DNA from: Octopus bimaculoides
Lineage: Eukaryota
DNA: 64,000 nt
Assembly (NCBI RefSeq): GCF_001194135.2
Contig: NC_068986.1
Location: forward strand, 95,758,706 to 95,822,705
Direction: 5' to 3'
Within the stretch, counting starts at the first letter, position 1; each line of letters begins with the position of its first letter. A model generated the notes under the pieces. It was given only the letters and a program-made list of their open reading frames with translations, was not told the origin of the DNA and did not search any database. Positions 11,204 to 24,639 of the stretch are shown in pieces. The position numbers and the translations under genes were made by a program.

Positions 11204-11900
11204 CTTCGACAGAAGAAACAAAATGCCTGATATTAATTTAGGGTTTAATGTCAGGCATTTTGTTTACAGATTTTCTTTTTTCATTAAATCTCTGACATTA
11301 CAAAACACATTTTAATTGAAACATGAAAACCAAGGATAACTTTGGATGATAGAATGTGATGAATTAACTGTCCTTCTCTCCCCATTGTCTGCAAAATGCT
11401 ATTTAACCTGACTTTGGAAATCTGGCTTCATGTCATCAAGACGGTTCATTATAACATTGAGAATTTACTAAACCATGCTGTTAAATATTAAATGTAATGA
11501 AAACTATTCTTAAATTACAAGACTGTATTTATAATATGCATACATTTTTATACACAGACACATATGCACATAAATACACCCATATGCATGCATACATATA
11601 CTGGCAATACTAATTTGACTAGGACTTCAAGTTTTACCTTTAACATCTTATTCAACCAGGTAAAACTTGAAGTTCCAGTCAAATCAACATTATCAATAAA
11701 TTTTACTCTACTAAATGTTTAGAGTATATATCTACATTATATATCATACACACACACACACACACACATATATATAAACATACATTTATATGTATATACA
11801 TATGTATATATATATACATATATCTACATATGTAAACATACATCTATATGTATAAACATATATTACATATATATATCTACATATGTAAACATATCTATAT

Positions 11901-12255
11901 GTGCTGGTGGCACGTAAAAAGCACCTACTACATTCTTGGAGTGGTTGGCATTAGGAAAGGCATCTAGCTGTAGATATTTTGTCAGATCAGATTGGAGCCT
12001 GGGACAGCCCCCTTCTGGCTTGACAGTCCTCAGTCAAACCATCCAGCTCATGCCAGCATGGAAAGCGGACGTTAAACAACGACAACAATCATCATCATCA
12101 TCATCATCATCATCGTTTAATGTCCGCTTTCCATGCTAGCATGGGTTGGACGATTTGACTGAGAACTGGCGAAACCGGATGGCAACACCAGGCTCCAATC
12201 TAATTTGGCAGAGTTTCTACAGCTGGATGCCCTTCCTAACGTCAACCACTCTGAG
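11901..12255. mobile_element. Two RTE 3' tails joined tail-to-tail
   Basis: + copy 11901-12083 and - copy 12090-12255 meet across an (ATC)n tract. Confidence 0.8.
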
Positions 12256-12264
12256 ATGATGATG

Positions 12265-12304
<40 letters not shown>

Positions 12305-12339
12305 GTATAAACATATTATATATACATATATGACATAAA

Positions 12340-13078
12340 TATGAGGGTGGGCTGAAAAGGTCAAAGGCTGACTATGAAGGGGTGAAATCTTGCATGCATT
12401 CATTTCAATTCTTAATAACTGCATTGTTTCTTTCCAGGTAAACTGACATTTCACTGTTTAAACAAGACTTCAAATGTAATAAGTAGTGATTTCTCTAGAA
12501 AATGAACAAAATTTAGCAAGGACCTGTAGAAAAAGATTTTCTCTCCTAAGGACATTCATGCTGACAAGGTTGCTGAATTAGGGGATGACACTCCAGTTTT
12601 ATCAACAGTGAGCAGCTTAATTTAGGAGGGATAGAGAGAATCTTGACGATGACCCAAGGTCTGGGCGTCCTGCACCTACCACCTCTGAGGAAAATATTGA
12701 TTGTCCTCGCTACATGGTAATGAATGACAGGTGATTGACTATGAATTGAATAGCCAATGCTATTAGTATATCCTGTGTGGGAGTTGAGAATATTCTGCAC
12801 AATAAACTTGGCATTAAAGGTTTTTGCTCGGTAGGTGTCACATCTGACACCGGATCAAAAGATCACCAGGCCGATCAAATCATGGGAAAATCTAACATTG
12901 ATTGAGGCAGATCCAGCTGGTTTCCTTGAATGTTTACTAAGCCAAGATGAGTGTTGGGTTCATCACTTTGAACCAGAAACAGACAATCCATGCAGTGGAA
13001 ACACCCCTCCTCATCTGCTCCAAAGAAGGCCAATGTCGTTTCATTAGCAGTGAAGGTGATGGCTCCAGTTTTTTGAGA
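12340..13078 (+). mobile_element. Decayed mariner transposase fragment
   Basis: TIR-like GAGGGTGGGCTGAAAAG; frameshifted motifs DDPRSGRP, V(S/P)HLT and QDECWVHHFEPET..MQWKH; truncated at a TA tract. Confidence 0.8.
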
Positions 13079-13116
13079 TATATATATAAACATGTATACA
13101 TATATACATACATATA

Positions 13117-13949
13117 CAGGGTGCTGTGAATAAATTGTCTAAATTACACAAAAATGAAAATAACACTGACATCTCATTTTAACAGATATATTTACCAAAA
13201 TTACATAAAAATATCTTGAAATACTAAAAAGTAAATTTATTCAATAAAATTGCCATTGGCTTCAACCACTGGATGGTCTCCTTGTTTAAGTTGGTGAATG
13301 CTGCTATAATCCTTGCCTTCAGTTCTTCTTTGGTGTTACAAAGAGTTTTGTTGGTCTCTCACTCAACTGCGCTCCACACATAATAATCAAGAGGGTTGCA
13401 GTCTGGGGAGTTAGGTGGCCAGATGTTAGGGGTGATGTGGTCACAGAAATTGTCTGACAGCCATGACTGGGTTCTCTTGCTTGTGTAGCACGGTACAAAG
13501 TCCTGTTACCACACATAGGGTCTTCAAGCAGCCACCCTCTTGACTCAGGTCAACACTACCTCCTCCAGGCACTTGATGTAGGCCTCTGTGTTGAATCTGA
13601 GGCCGTATGGGAAGATGAATGGAGGCATAATGTCACCATCACTAGTGATCACTCCAAATACCATGATGTTGACTGGATGTTTGATTTTTATCACTCTTGG
13701 TACATGTCCTCAGATTGACACCCAGACACTCTGAAATGTTTGTAATGGAGATTCCGGCATGAATGCCAAGCAGTACAGCATGTTGTTTCCAAATTTCTGG
13801 CAGAGTGACTTCCATCATGGTGCTGTTTTTCTCACAGATGGTGCCCAACCAACCCTACTATACTGTGTAGCTGACAAAATCAAAAACAAACAATGTGCAT
13901 GCAGGAAATTAAAAATATAAAATGGCGATAATTTACCCATCACACTCTG
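13117..13949 (-). mobile_element. Non-autonomous Tc1/mariner (maT, DD37D-type) element
   Basis: TA-flanked termini CAGGGTG.../...CACACTCTG; homologous over its length to 36116-37002; transposase remnants (PDCNPLDYY region). Confidence 0.85.
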
Positions 13950-14145
13950 TATATATACACACACACATATATATCAAACATATATATATATAACATATAT
14001 ATATATACATATGTTTATACACATACATACACATACACATATGTATACACACACACATGCATGCATATGTATACACACACACATCATCATTATCATCATC
14101 CTTTAATATCAGTTCTCCATGCTGGCATGAGTTGGATAGGGCAAT

Positions 14146-14176
<31 letters not shown>

Positions 14177-14187
14177 CATATATATAA

Positions 14188-14234
<47 letters not shown>

Positions 14235-14338
14235 NNNNNNNNNNTGAAACACACATATACACACATATATATATATATATACATATACACATATATATAC
14301 ACATATATACATATACATACTCATATACACATATATAC

Positions 14339-14379
<41 letters not shown>

Positions 14380-14751
14380 CACACACGCACATACAAGTGG
14401 CTAAATATGAATACAACTGTTGTATACTTATATTAAATATAGTAATACAAATAAACATCAGTCTTTGTATTTCTCCATAGACATAAAAAAAAGTGAATGT
14501 CTGACTCGAGTTTCGACTCTAATTGGAGTCTTCCTCAGAGACCATGTACATCTCATGCTGTCCACGAAGAAAGAAACAACTAATGGCATTATAAGCTCAC
14601 TAAATATTAGTAGCATCAATGCTAATTTGCATAATACTAATATGTAACTAGTAGCTTGTTCAGTTAATTACTAAACTGTGCATTGAACATATGAGCTGTA
14701 GGATGAATATGTAGCTGAACTGAAATAGCACAAGATTTAACCAAAGTTATG

Positions 14752-14784
<33 letters not shown>

Positions 14785-15210
14785 NNNNNNNNNNNNNNNN
14801 NNNNNNNNNNNNNNNNNNNNNNNNNNNNNNNNNNNNNNNNNNNNNNNNNNNNNNNNNNNNNNNNNNNNNNNNNNNNNNNNNNNNNNNNNNNNNNNNNNNN
14901 NNNNNNNNNNNNNNNNNNNNNNNNNNNNNNNNNNNNNNNNNNNNNNNNNNNNNNNNNNNNNNNNNNNNNNNNNNNNNNNNNNNNNNNNNNNNNNNNNNNN
15001 NNNNNNNNNNNNNNNNNNNNNNNNNNNNNNNNNNNNNNNNNNNNNNNNNNNNNNNNNNNNNNNNNNNNNNNNNNNNNNNNNNNNNNNNNNNNNNNNNNNN
15101 NNNNNNNNNNNNNNNNNNNNNNNNNNNNNNNNNNNNNNNNNNNNNNNNNNNNNNNNNNNNNNNNNNNNNNNNNNNNNNNNNNNNNNNNNNNNNNNNNNNN
15201 NNNNNNNNNN
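14785..15210. other. Assembly gap (representative; others at 19320-19584, 26359-26682, 27767-28500, 49434-49526, 55528-55767, 60144-60798, 62056-62303)
   Basis: Runs of N, mostly flanked by microsatellites or young repeats. Confidence 0.99.
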
Positions 15211-15475
15211 TATATTAGAAAAAAATAAGGTACTCAGAGATCTGGATGGTTGTACATTTACAGATTTTTATTAATATGTCACATGTTTTTTATAAATCAT
15301 ATATTAGCCCTTGCATCTATTCTAGTACAATCTCCAGATTCTACTAGATTCTGGAGATTCTACTAGAATAGATGCAAGGGCTAATATATGATTTATAAAA
15401 ACATGTGACATGTTAATAAAAATCTGTAAATGTACAACCATCCAGATCCCTGAGTACCTTATTTTTTCTAATATA
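15211..15475. repeat. Near-perfect 265-bp fold-back palindrome
   Basis: Arms 15211-15342 and 15346-15475 are reverse complements with only a few mismatches/indels; centre at 15344; left end abuts an N gap. Confidence 0.9.
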
Positions 15476-15520
15476 TAATACCTGTACATTATCTCCAAAC
15501 CTTCTAATATATATATATAC

Positions 15521-15556
<36 letters not shown>

Positions 15557-17445
15557 ACATTACTTCTAAATATACACACAGTTGTCCTGAGATAAGACAC
15601 AAGACCATTATGGACAGCATCTCTTTTTGAAAGAAATCAACCCAAAACTAAAAGCTAACAAATACCTCATTAGTACTACCCTAGTTGTAAAGGAATACTA
15701 TCTTATGGTACAAGGCAGAATACATTGAAGAATCTAGTATCCCTGATTTACAAAACGATGGATAGGTCATGGCTGGAATACTTCTGATCATAGGCTTCCT
15801 CAATCAGGGCTGATCAAGAATGAAGCAACAACAGTACCAAAACGTACTTGGGTCTAATAGATTCAGGTACCAAAAGTGAAGTTATTTGGCTTTTGATACA
15901 ATATCATACTTATGACAAAATATGAACTGCTGGACACTCAGTTAATTGTCAGAAGTCTTATTGACTTGTTAGGCCTACATCAGTCAATGGTGACCACAAA
16001 TCTGTACATGTATGTGTGGGCCTGGGTATACTCTTTCTTTTTTTTTGTTTTGTTTTGTGGAAGATAAGCAGTTGTTTATGCATGCAAGTCTTCTCTCGCC
16101 AAACTACTGATGTTTATCTATGGGAAGAGCAAGCAACTAGGTCAATACAACTTGGCACTAGTGTTGCTGTTGGTCGCAAGTGTTACTGTTAGAAATCAAA
16201 GAACCTTCTAATTGACTTAGCTCTCTGCTAATTTAATAATTGCTAATTTTGATACAAAGTCACATGAGCCAATCAGGGAAACTTAGTGTGACCAAATCTC
16301 TTTCAAATCACACTTTACCAGCTTAAAATGCACATTGGACAACACAGTCTCATATATCTCACTAAAAAAAAATATGTGGGAGAAGGGAACAGTCACAGCT
16401 AGGATATGTTTGATCACAGGTTTGCTTAACAAGGGCTGAACTGGGACAAAAAAACAACAAGGACACTAATTTTGACAAGAAGGATTGAATCAACCCCAGC
16501 ACTTGTGTTATCAACCCTGCAAAGATGAAAACAAAAACAAGATTCGTTTCAATCAAGAACATAAACAGATCTAATTTAATATCACATTTCATCTTTTCTT
16601 TCACAATAACACTTAATGTTAATTGGTAAATTAAAACACTAGTGGTAGTCTAAGTGGATTACAAATAGTTGTTGTTTAACCCCAGGTGAGCCCTGATTCA
16701 GTAAGTCTGTCATCAAAGGTGTTCAATATGTGATAGTTCATCCTTCCATTTCTTCATTTTCTTTTTAATCAAACATAGTATATCTAGGACTACATTATCC
16801 AGTGTATCTTTCTATTTTCTATATGTAAAAACAAAAATCTATGTTTATTGATCAAACAGATCAATGTTGTCTATGCTTTGCTGACACAGTCCAAGACTGA
16901 AACATTCCTGTTACTGTCATTGTTTCTATTTGTTAGTCGCAATTTTTTTGTTTTCTTTCTCCAACCAAAAGGAAAATTTCAAATCCTTGAGAATTCTTTT
17001 GCACACGTCACTCAGTACATCTATTAATATACATGATTTGTATGTGAATCATCTTTCCTCTTTATTCCGATATTTTCTCAACATTTTCCCACTTAATTTT
17101 TCTACTAAAAGTTTAAATATAAACCTTCATAATGAGATTTAAATTAAACAGTCTCATATCATAGTGAAAATCAAGTTTTTCTTTTTTCCAGTTTATTTAC
17201 AAGAAATTATAAAGTTGCATATTTGGGAGCAATTCAATCAATTTACATCTTTTTATGTTCTGAATTCAAATCCCACAAAATTAACTTTGTCTTTCATCCT
17301 TCTGAGATTGATAATATAAGTTTACAAGTACATGGGTTGAAATAACTGACTCTACTCCATAAAAGTGATGTCCTGGTATGACCACAATCTAATGTCTAAA
17401 ACCAGAAAAAGAATGTAAGAAATTAATAAAAAATTGTTTTCTTAC

Positions 17446-17486
17446 CTCCATCGTTCTTCCTCTGATAATTTGGACAGATCTATTGT
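17446..17486 (-). CDS. RNF121: RNF121 coding exon 2 (TIDLSKLSEEERW-R)
   Basis: TTTATAG acceptor, GTAAGA donor, 41 nt. Matches the RNF121 motif (V)DMSDLSPEEQWR; phase 0 to 2. Confidence 0.9.
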
Positions 17487-18404
17487 CTATAAACATAAAT
17501 AGAGAAATAAAAATAAAGATTATGTCATTTAATACAAAATACATTTCAACAGCAGTCATCAAAAATACTCAACACAACATAATGATGGTAGTCATCTTTA
17601 TCATCATGTGGTTATATTTACAAATCTATGACCTTCCATTGTTGGTTACTTCAATGACTATACAGTGGTATCAATTAGTTTAAAGACAAGACTATATTGA
17701 TAATTAAACCTTTAGTATTTATTTAAACTATACAGGACTAAAAACTACATATGATATGAATAACAAGATATTTTCTTACTCTTTTAAATTATGTAAGTTG
17801 AACACAAAAATTTGAATTAGAATAATGCAGTTATTGTCGCTTAAGCCACAAAAATTAACGTTACTTATAATACAAAAAATTTAGAAAAAAGTATTTAAAT
17901 TTCAATATTTGGAAATTGAATGAATTATCTGACTATATTGCCAAAATATGAGAAGTAATTTCAGATAATGTGATTAAGATTATAGATTCAATTGCCATAG
18001 ATACAATTCTATTTTATGAAATTTCAGGTACCTGACCAAATATTAACAAAATGTAATTTTATTCTTTTTGTTTCTTAATGCACACATTCCAATTTATTGA
18101 AAAGAGTATATATCATATTTCAACTGTTCATGAATTTAATGGGATTCATGTTTGTGATGTTATTGATGTATTAATGATTGAGTAGGCTAATTAAAAATTT
18201 CTCATTTAAACGTCCATCAATTAAAAATGTAAAAAAAATTCTATTTCTATTCATATAGCTTATATATGAATCCAAAGTGATTAAGCTGACAGAAATAAAA
18301 ATAATTAGCATTTAATTATCAGTGTTTTCTTGTATATAAATTAAGTAACATCACTGTATATGTGTACATACATACATATATATGCGTGTATACACACACA
18401 CAAC

Positions 18405-18850
18405 TCAAAAGTAAAGTAGAGTAGGTTCATCTAGGACTCTTGACAAGAAGAGGTCCAGCCTTGATTTAAAAACACCTACATCTACTTTGTGTAGATTCCT
18501 TAGACTCTTTGGGAGAATATTAAAAAGGTGTGAGCCCCTGAAACCCAAGCTGTTGCAGTAACTGGTCCTTAAGCACGATGGCATTACTGAGATCTTTGGC
18601 ACTATACAGTGTCATCCCGTTCTGGCATTGGTTTAGCTTTCAATGCCAAAATTTGGCACAATTCCTTCCAGGATCTTCCAGATGTATATTACTGCATACC
18701 TCTCCTGTCTTCTCTCCAGGGAGTAGAGTCTTAGCTGTTTCAGCCTTTCCCAGTAGTTGAGCAGTTGCAAAGAGATGATCTTCTTTGTGAATCTTCTCAG
18801 GATTGCTTCAAAGTCCGCTGTTAATTTCACACTGGTGGGTGACCACTGCA
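18405..18850 (-). mobile_element. CR1-like LINE 3' fragment
   Basis: WSPT...RRFTKKI...YWERLKQLRLYSLERRQERY and SLGFRGSHLFNILPKSLRNL...FKSRLDLFL. Confidence 0.85.
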
Positions 18851-19110
18851 TAGTACCAAGGGTACTGTCCACTGCATCTCACATAAGAACAAGGTACTGC
18901 AACAGCCTCGGTTTCAGAGGACCTCAGCTCTTTAATGTCCTGCCAAAACAATTGAGAAACCTGCAAGACATGGATATAGAGGTCTTCAAAACAAAACTTG
19001 ACACTTGTCTCTCCACGATACCAGACAAACCAATGGCTCGAAATGAGACACATTTGAGGGCAGCAAAGTCAAATTCTCTTATACACCAGATGTGCCATCA
19101 AAACTCTTGA
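18840..19110 (+). mobile_element. CR1-like LINE 3' fragment (opposite orientation)
   Basis: HCIVPR...YCNSLGFRGPQLFNVLPKQLRNL...FKTKLDTCLSTIPDKP...RAAKSNSLIHQ. Confidence 0.85.
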
Positions 19111-19584
19111 TTGGACTATATCAGGTGGAGGAGAAGAGCCATGCAAGGAACGTGAAGAGAGCACAGGATAAGGACGGAAATTCATGGCAGCTACTTGGCT
19201 GAAACGCATAAATAAATTAAATATATATATATATATATGCCAGAAGAGTAGCCCGCTCACTTATTTGTATCTTTACTTCATTGGACACTAAACTCTGCTT
19301 GTGAAGACCTGTTATTATANNNNNNNNNNNNNNNNNNNNNNNNNNNNNNNNNNNNNNNNNNNNNNNNNNNNNNNNNNNNNNNNNNNNNNNNNNNNNNNNN
19401 NNNNNNNNNNNNNNNNNNNNNNNNNNNNNNNNNNNNNNNNNNNNNNNNNNNNNNNNNNNNNNNNNNNNNNNNNNNNNNNNNNNNNNNNNNNNNNNNNNNN
19501 NNNNNNNNNNNNNNNNNNNNNNNNNNNNNNNNNNNNNNNNNNNNNNNNNNNNNNNNNNNNNNNNNNNNNNNNNNNNNNNNNNNN

Positions 19585-19631
<47 letters not shown>

Positions 19632-21104
19632 ACATTCTCCATTAATATCTTGATGAGCAAAAACTAAACACTGTTAAAATGCTAGTAATTTATGAATCAA
19701 ACTAGCTGCCTAGAATGTTCTGTAATATTCAAAACAGTCTATCTAATGTATTTAAGTTCAAGCAAGTTTATAACCAATATCTCTGTTTACAGTTAAGAGG
19801 TTACTCAGTCACTGATGAAATCCCAACTTCCCTGCCCAATTCATCTTTTTTGTTCACAAAGCTATGAATATATAGAGACAAACTGTTTACATCAGCATAT
19901 TACACAGTGTTGGCTAAAAGCAATATGAACCATCCTCAAAATTCATATGTTCAATTCTTGTCTCTCTTCTATGCATGTAGACTGAAATATTACTTCCGCA
20001 GACAGTCCCCAAGTGTTGCCAGTTCAAATTTCTTACTTATTAAAGTTCAAGGAATTCAAAAGTCAAAAATACAAATCTTGAAGACTGTTTGTATGTAAAT
20101 ATAGTCTGCAGCACAAAATACAGTAGCATATAGAACAATACAATACAGTCATGTATAAAATAACAGTTCAGTAGAGTAGAATAGAGTAGTTAACAGTAGA
20201 TTAAACTAGAGTACAGTAAGCAGTATAATAGTGAACAGTAGAGTAAAACAGAGTGACAGAGTACAATACTGTAAAGAACAGTATATTAGAATACAGCTGA
20301 ATTAAAGGAAAGAAAAATGTTAAAATTATTATAAGCAGTGCAATGTTGGTGACATTATATAGAAATATGTTTGTGAGAAAGCGATTGCTAAACAGAGACA
20401 GAGAGAAAGAACATTGCCATTGTAATGAAAGCAAATAGTAATAACAAACTTTGTGATGACTAAAAATTAAGATGCTTAAAACAGCAAAATGCAAAGCACC
20501 AATAAAGCAAGGATTAACTCCATGTAGCAAACATATGCCAAACTTAGAAATGAATTCTTTCATTGTCCACAAATACTTGTAACATAGTGCAATGGTTGAG
20601 CTAACAATGAAGCCTCTACATAGTTGCATAACTTGATAGAAATAGCAGCCAAATGACTCTCATACCACAATCAACTGTCTTAAATAAAGGCAGATACACT
20701 GAGCAGTGTACTTCTAAGTATACAAAAAGATGAAATGGTCACAGTTGGAACACCTCTAATCATTAATCCACTCAGTCAGAACTGTCCTGGGACTGAACAA
20801 CAATTTAACAGTAAATTCATGTTACTTGACTATTTACAGACCATGGCTATAGATAATGATATGTAATAGGCACATGCAACCATTCTACATAGCTAATTCT
20901 TTCTCATTTCATAATCATTCTTGCTCTACTCTGATAAAAATCCATGATTGACACAAAACTCTTTCGCCCAGAATCAAACTTAGTACAAAGAATGACATAA
21001 TCTTAAAGGCAGTGCTCCAGCATGGCTGCAGTCAAATGACTGAAACAAGTAAAAGAGTAAAGAGTATAAATTTGGGAATAGCTACATTTTTGTCTATGTG
21101 ACAA

Positions 21105-21146
<42 letters not shown>

Positions 21147-24009
21147 CCTTTCTGCTGAAGGCACAAGGCCTGAAATGGGGGGGGGGAGGTAAGTCAATTA
21201 TATTGACCCCAGTGCTTAACTTGTACTTATTTTACTGACACTGAAAGGATGAAAGGCAAAGTCAACCTCAGCAAAATTTGAACTCAGAATGTATAAACAA
21301 ACAGTATGCTGCTAAGCAAACTTTGGAATATTTTGGGTGACACATTAGGCTGGTCAAGCTAAATTTCCCAAGTAGTTTCCATGAAGAATGAAGTCTTCAT
21401 TATTTGTGCTCCATCCTGCCTCTCCACTGGAGCTACATCCATCCAGGAGTATGTCACTCTTAAGAAACTGTAACAATTACTGGACTTTATTTCAATATTG
21501 TTTATTATGATGGTCTTACGCACACTAAGTGTTTTAAAGTGTGGTTGGTTTTCATTTAATCATCTTCGCAAAACTAACTATTTTTCACTCTCTGAGTGGT
21601 TGGCGTTAGGAAGGGCATCCAGCTGTAGAAACTCTGCCAAATCAGATTGGAGCCTGGTGTAGCCATCTGGTTTCACCAGTCCTCAGTCAAATCGTCCAAC
21701 CCATGCTAGCATGGAAAGCGGACGTTAGATGATGATGATGATGATGATAAACTTTTTGTACTTTTGTACTTACTGTATGACAATGCACACCATCACTAGT
21801 TGCCTCAGATTCCACTGTTTTACTTTCAAATTTTAATGAGGATTAAAAATCAACTTAAGATTATGAAAAGAAATACACTAGTGGTTCACTAAACACCACC
21901 AATCACCATAAATAAAATTTTTTAACATTGGCACAAGACCACATATTTTGAGGGAGAGATATAATCAATTATATTAGCCTCAATACATGACTGGTACATA
22001 TTTTATCAACCCCAGAATGATAAAAAAAAAAGCTGATTTTGTTGGCAGCTGAACTCAGTGTGTGTACAAACAACACAACAATACTAGAAACATTTTGTCC
22101 ACTATTCTACCAACCCTACCAATCTATAACCTTGCATTAATTATGAATAGTAAGTTTCTTTTGTGATGAGCCCTTAAACTTGTAGGTGAAAGAAGTAGGA
22201 AATGGTGAGATAGATGTGTGACTTTCCCAATAATACCAGTAAAATAGACCAAATTTCTTCAACTTGGAATTATATCCAAGTTTCTGACCTAGTTTAACAG
22301 AAACTTACAGATTCAAAATAAGTATCCTCCACCAACCAAAAGCAATGATATTAGTTATTTTGAGCAAAAGCTTTTTGTTAAAGGTCTTTAATCCATTTGT
22401 AAAACCAAACCATATTACATACCTCATTTAGTTTATAATGGGTCTCAGGATAGTGATGGCGCATTCTGTAGGGTTTCTTGTTGGATTGTGAAAATAAATC
22501 ACCTTTAGACTTTGTCCAGCTCCAAATCCTAAACTCTCAAGAATAAAACACTATACGCTTGTGTGAATGTGATATCTACCTGTATGGCAAACAACAGCAC
22601 CAAAACAATACTTATTTTATAAAATAGCATTAAACAACTGCTGTGTAGACTTATCCAATCAATACAAGAATTAAAGAAAATAATTGTATTCAATTCACTT
22701 ATCTATGCTGTGTTGTTTAATCTCAAGCAGTCATAATAAAATAGACCTATGATCAAGAACATTCCAACCATAGTCATTCTGCCACTTTTTTTTTTACCAG
22801 ATATAGTATACTGTGGACTAATTATCCAATGTATGGGTTTTTTTCTAAGATGACAGAGAGGTTTGAGGGTGACTTGGCTGCACTTTCTAGAAGACTGAAT
22901 AGAAATACAGAGATGTTGATATAGAGGCCAATAAGAGAGATGCTATATAAACTATTTGTCTAGTTAAAATTTTCAGGAAAGAATGTATATGGTTGAATCA
23001 AACTTAGAACATAACCAATACTTAGTTTAGCCTGGTCGAATAAAAGATTTTGAATTCAGTATATAAAAAAAAACATAACTACAAAGCATTTAGACCAATA
23101 CTATCATGACTTTCAGTCCACCGTCCTTCTTGTTCTGCCAAACAATCATTTGATATAAGTCCATTTTTTAACTGGACTGGATCTTTCAAAGTCTAGTTCT
23201 TTGGATTAGCTTCTGCAACATTTCTAGCAATAATAGCTGTTGGTAAGCTTCATAAGATGGAAAATATTTTTTGGTGATGTTCTTACTCTACCAGAATATG
23301 AAGAAGACATGACAAGTGAGAGGTATCAACCATGTCAACCAATCATTACAGTGAGAATAGTTATATTTAGTATATGTTATATAGTATTACTATTAGTAGC
23401 AGTAGTCAGTAGAAGGGTTAACTTGCTGACAACAGGATTTACAATAATAGTTATATGTAGTGATACCTAATACATAGCAGAGGGTGTGTGTATGTGTTTA
23501 TGTGTAAGAGAAACACAGGCAGAAAGACTAACACTTATTCACATATTGACAACATATAACAGTAATGACAAAAAAAAAAAAAAATCCCCAACAGGTGTGA
23601 TTTGTGAAACAGAATCCACAGTGAAACTGCAATAGTAATTTGTAGCTATTCAGAGTAGTTGAAGCAACTTCAGACTAGTTAACCATAAACATCAACTATG
23701 ATTGAAATGAAACAGATGTGCAGCTGAGCAAATAATTAAGTCAGTTCACAAGCTCACAGCTTATTCCCCTCAATCAATATGGGGAGTCGATCTTCTCAAT
23801 AGTAAAATAAAATCTGAAGTTGAAAGAAACTAATGATGGCCTGCAACAACAAAAACTATTTAGTGACACTCTTAAATTTGAATGAGTTTATATGCTGTGG
23901 GTGGTTCAAGCAAAGCCCTTTATCATGCCTACATGTCATTCAAAGTTATCTAAATTTATAAACTATCTTAAATGTCTATATTTCTGAGATGAGAGATTTA
24001 TATTTTGTA

Positions 24010-24639
24010 CAGTAAACACTCGCCATATCGCGGTTCACCTATTGTGTCCTCAGTACATCATGGATTTTTCTGGCTAATATATGTAAATTCATATCACGGA
24101 CTCCTCAGTATATCGCGAGTTTCTGCGGCTGGTAGGCATTTATACCTTTTTAGATTTTAATTATTTCTGTGGTAAAATAAGCATTTTCATGCTTAAAAAT
24201 TAATAAATTAATAAATAAAAATACAGTAAAGTACTGCACTGTATAACACGTTAATTAAAATACAGTAATCCCTTGACTATCATGGGTATTACATTACAAA
24301 ATATCCAGAAAAATCCGTGATGTACTGAGTGCACGATAGATGAACCATGATGTACTGAGTGTGTGATAGGTGAAGTGCAATATGGTGAGGTAATTGTGTA
24401 TATCGAAAGAAAATATGTAGTGTACTGTAGATGAGTAAACAAAGAAGCACACATACTGTATGCCAAATGAAACTCAGGAGGTGAATGTGAGGTATTGTTT
24501 TGCATTTATAATAAAATAAACATATACAAATGATAAAAGAAATAAAAAGAGAATATACAGTACTGTTTCTACTTTGCAGATTTTTACCTATTGTGTGTGT
24601 GGGGGGGACGTAGCACCCACAATAGTCAAGAGATTACTG
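24010..24639. mobile_element. pogo/Tigger-like MITE
   Basis: TA|CAGTAAACACTCGCCATATCGCGG ... CACAATAGTCAAGAGATTACTG|TA: degenerate TIRs with TA TSD; no ORF. Confidence 0.6.

Noticed and set aside
11237-11243. TTTAGGG telomere-like motif
   Set aside because: Single copy forming the loop of a hairpin; not an array.
20201-20629. 142-aa hydrophobic ORF
   Set aside because: Derived from AGTAG/AACAG-rich low-complexity intronic sequence; no domain and no splice support.
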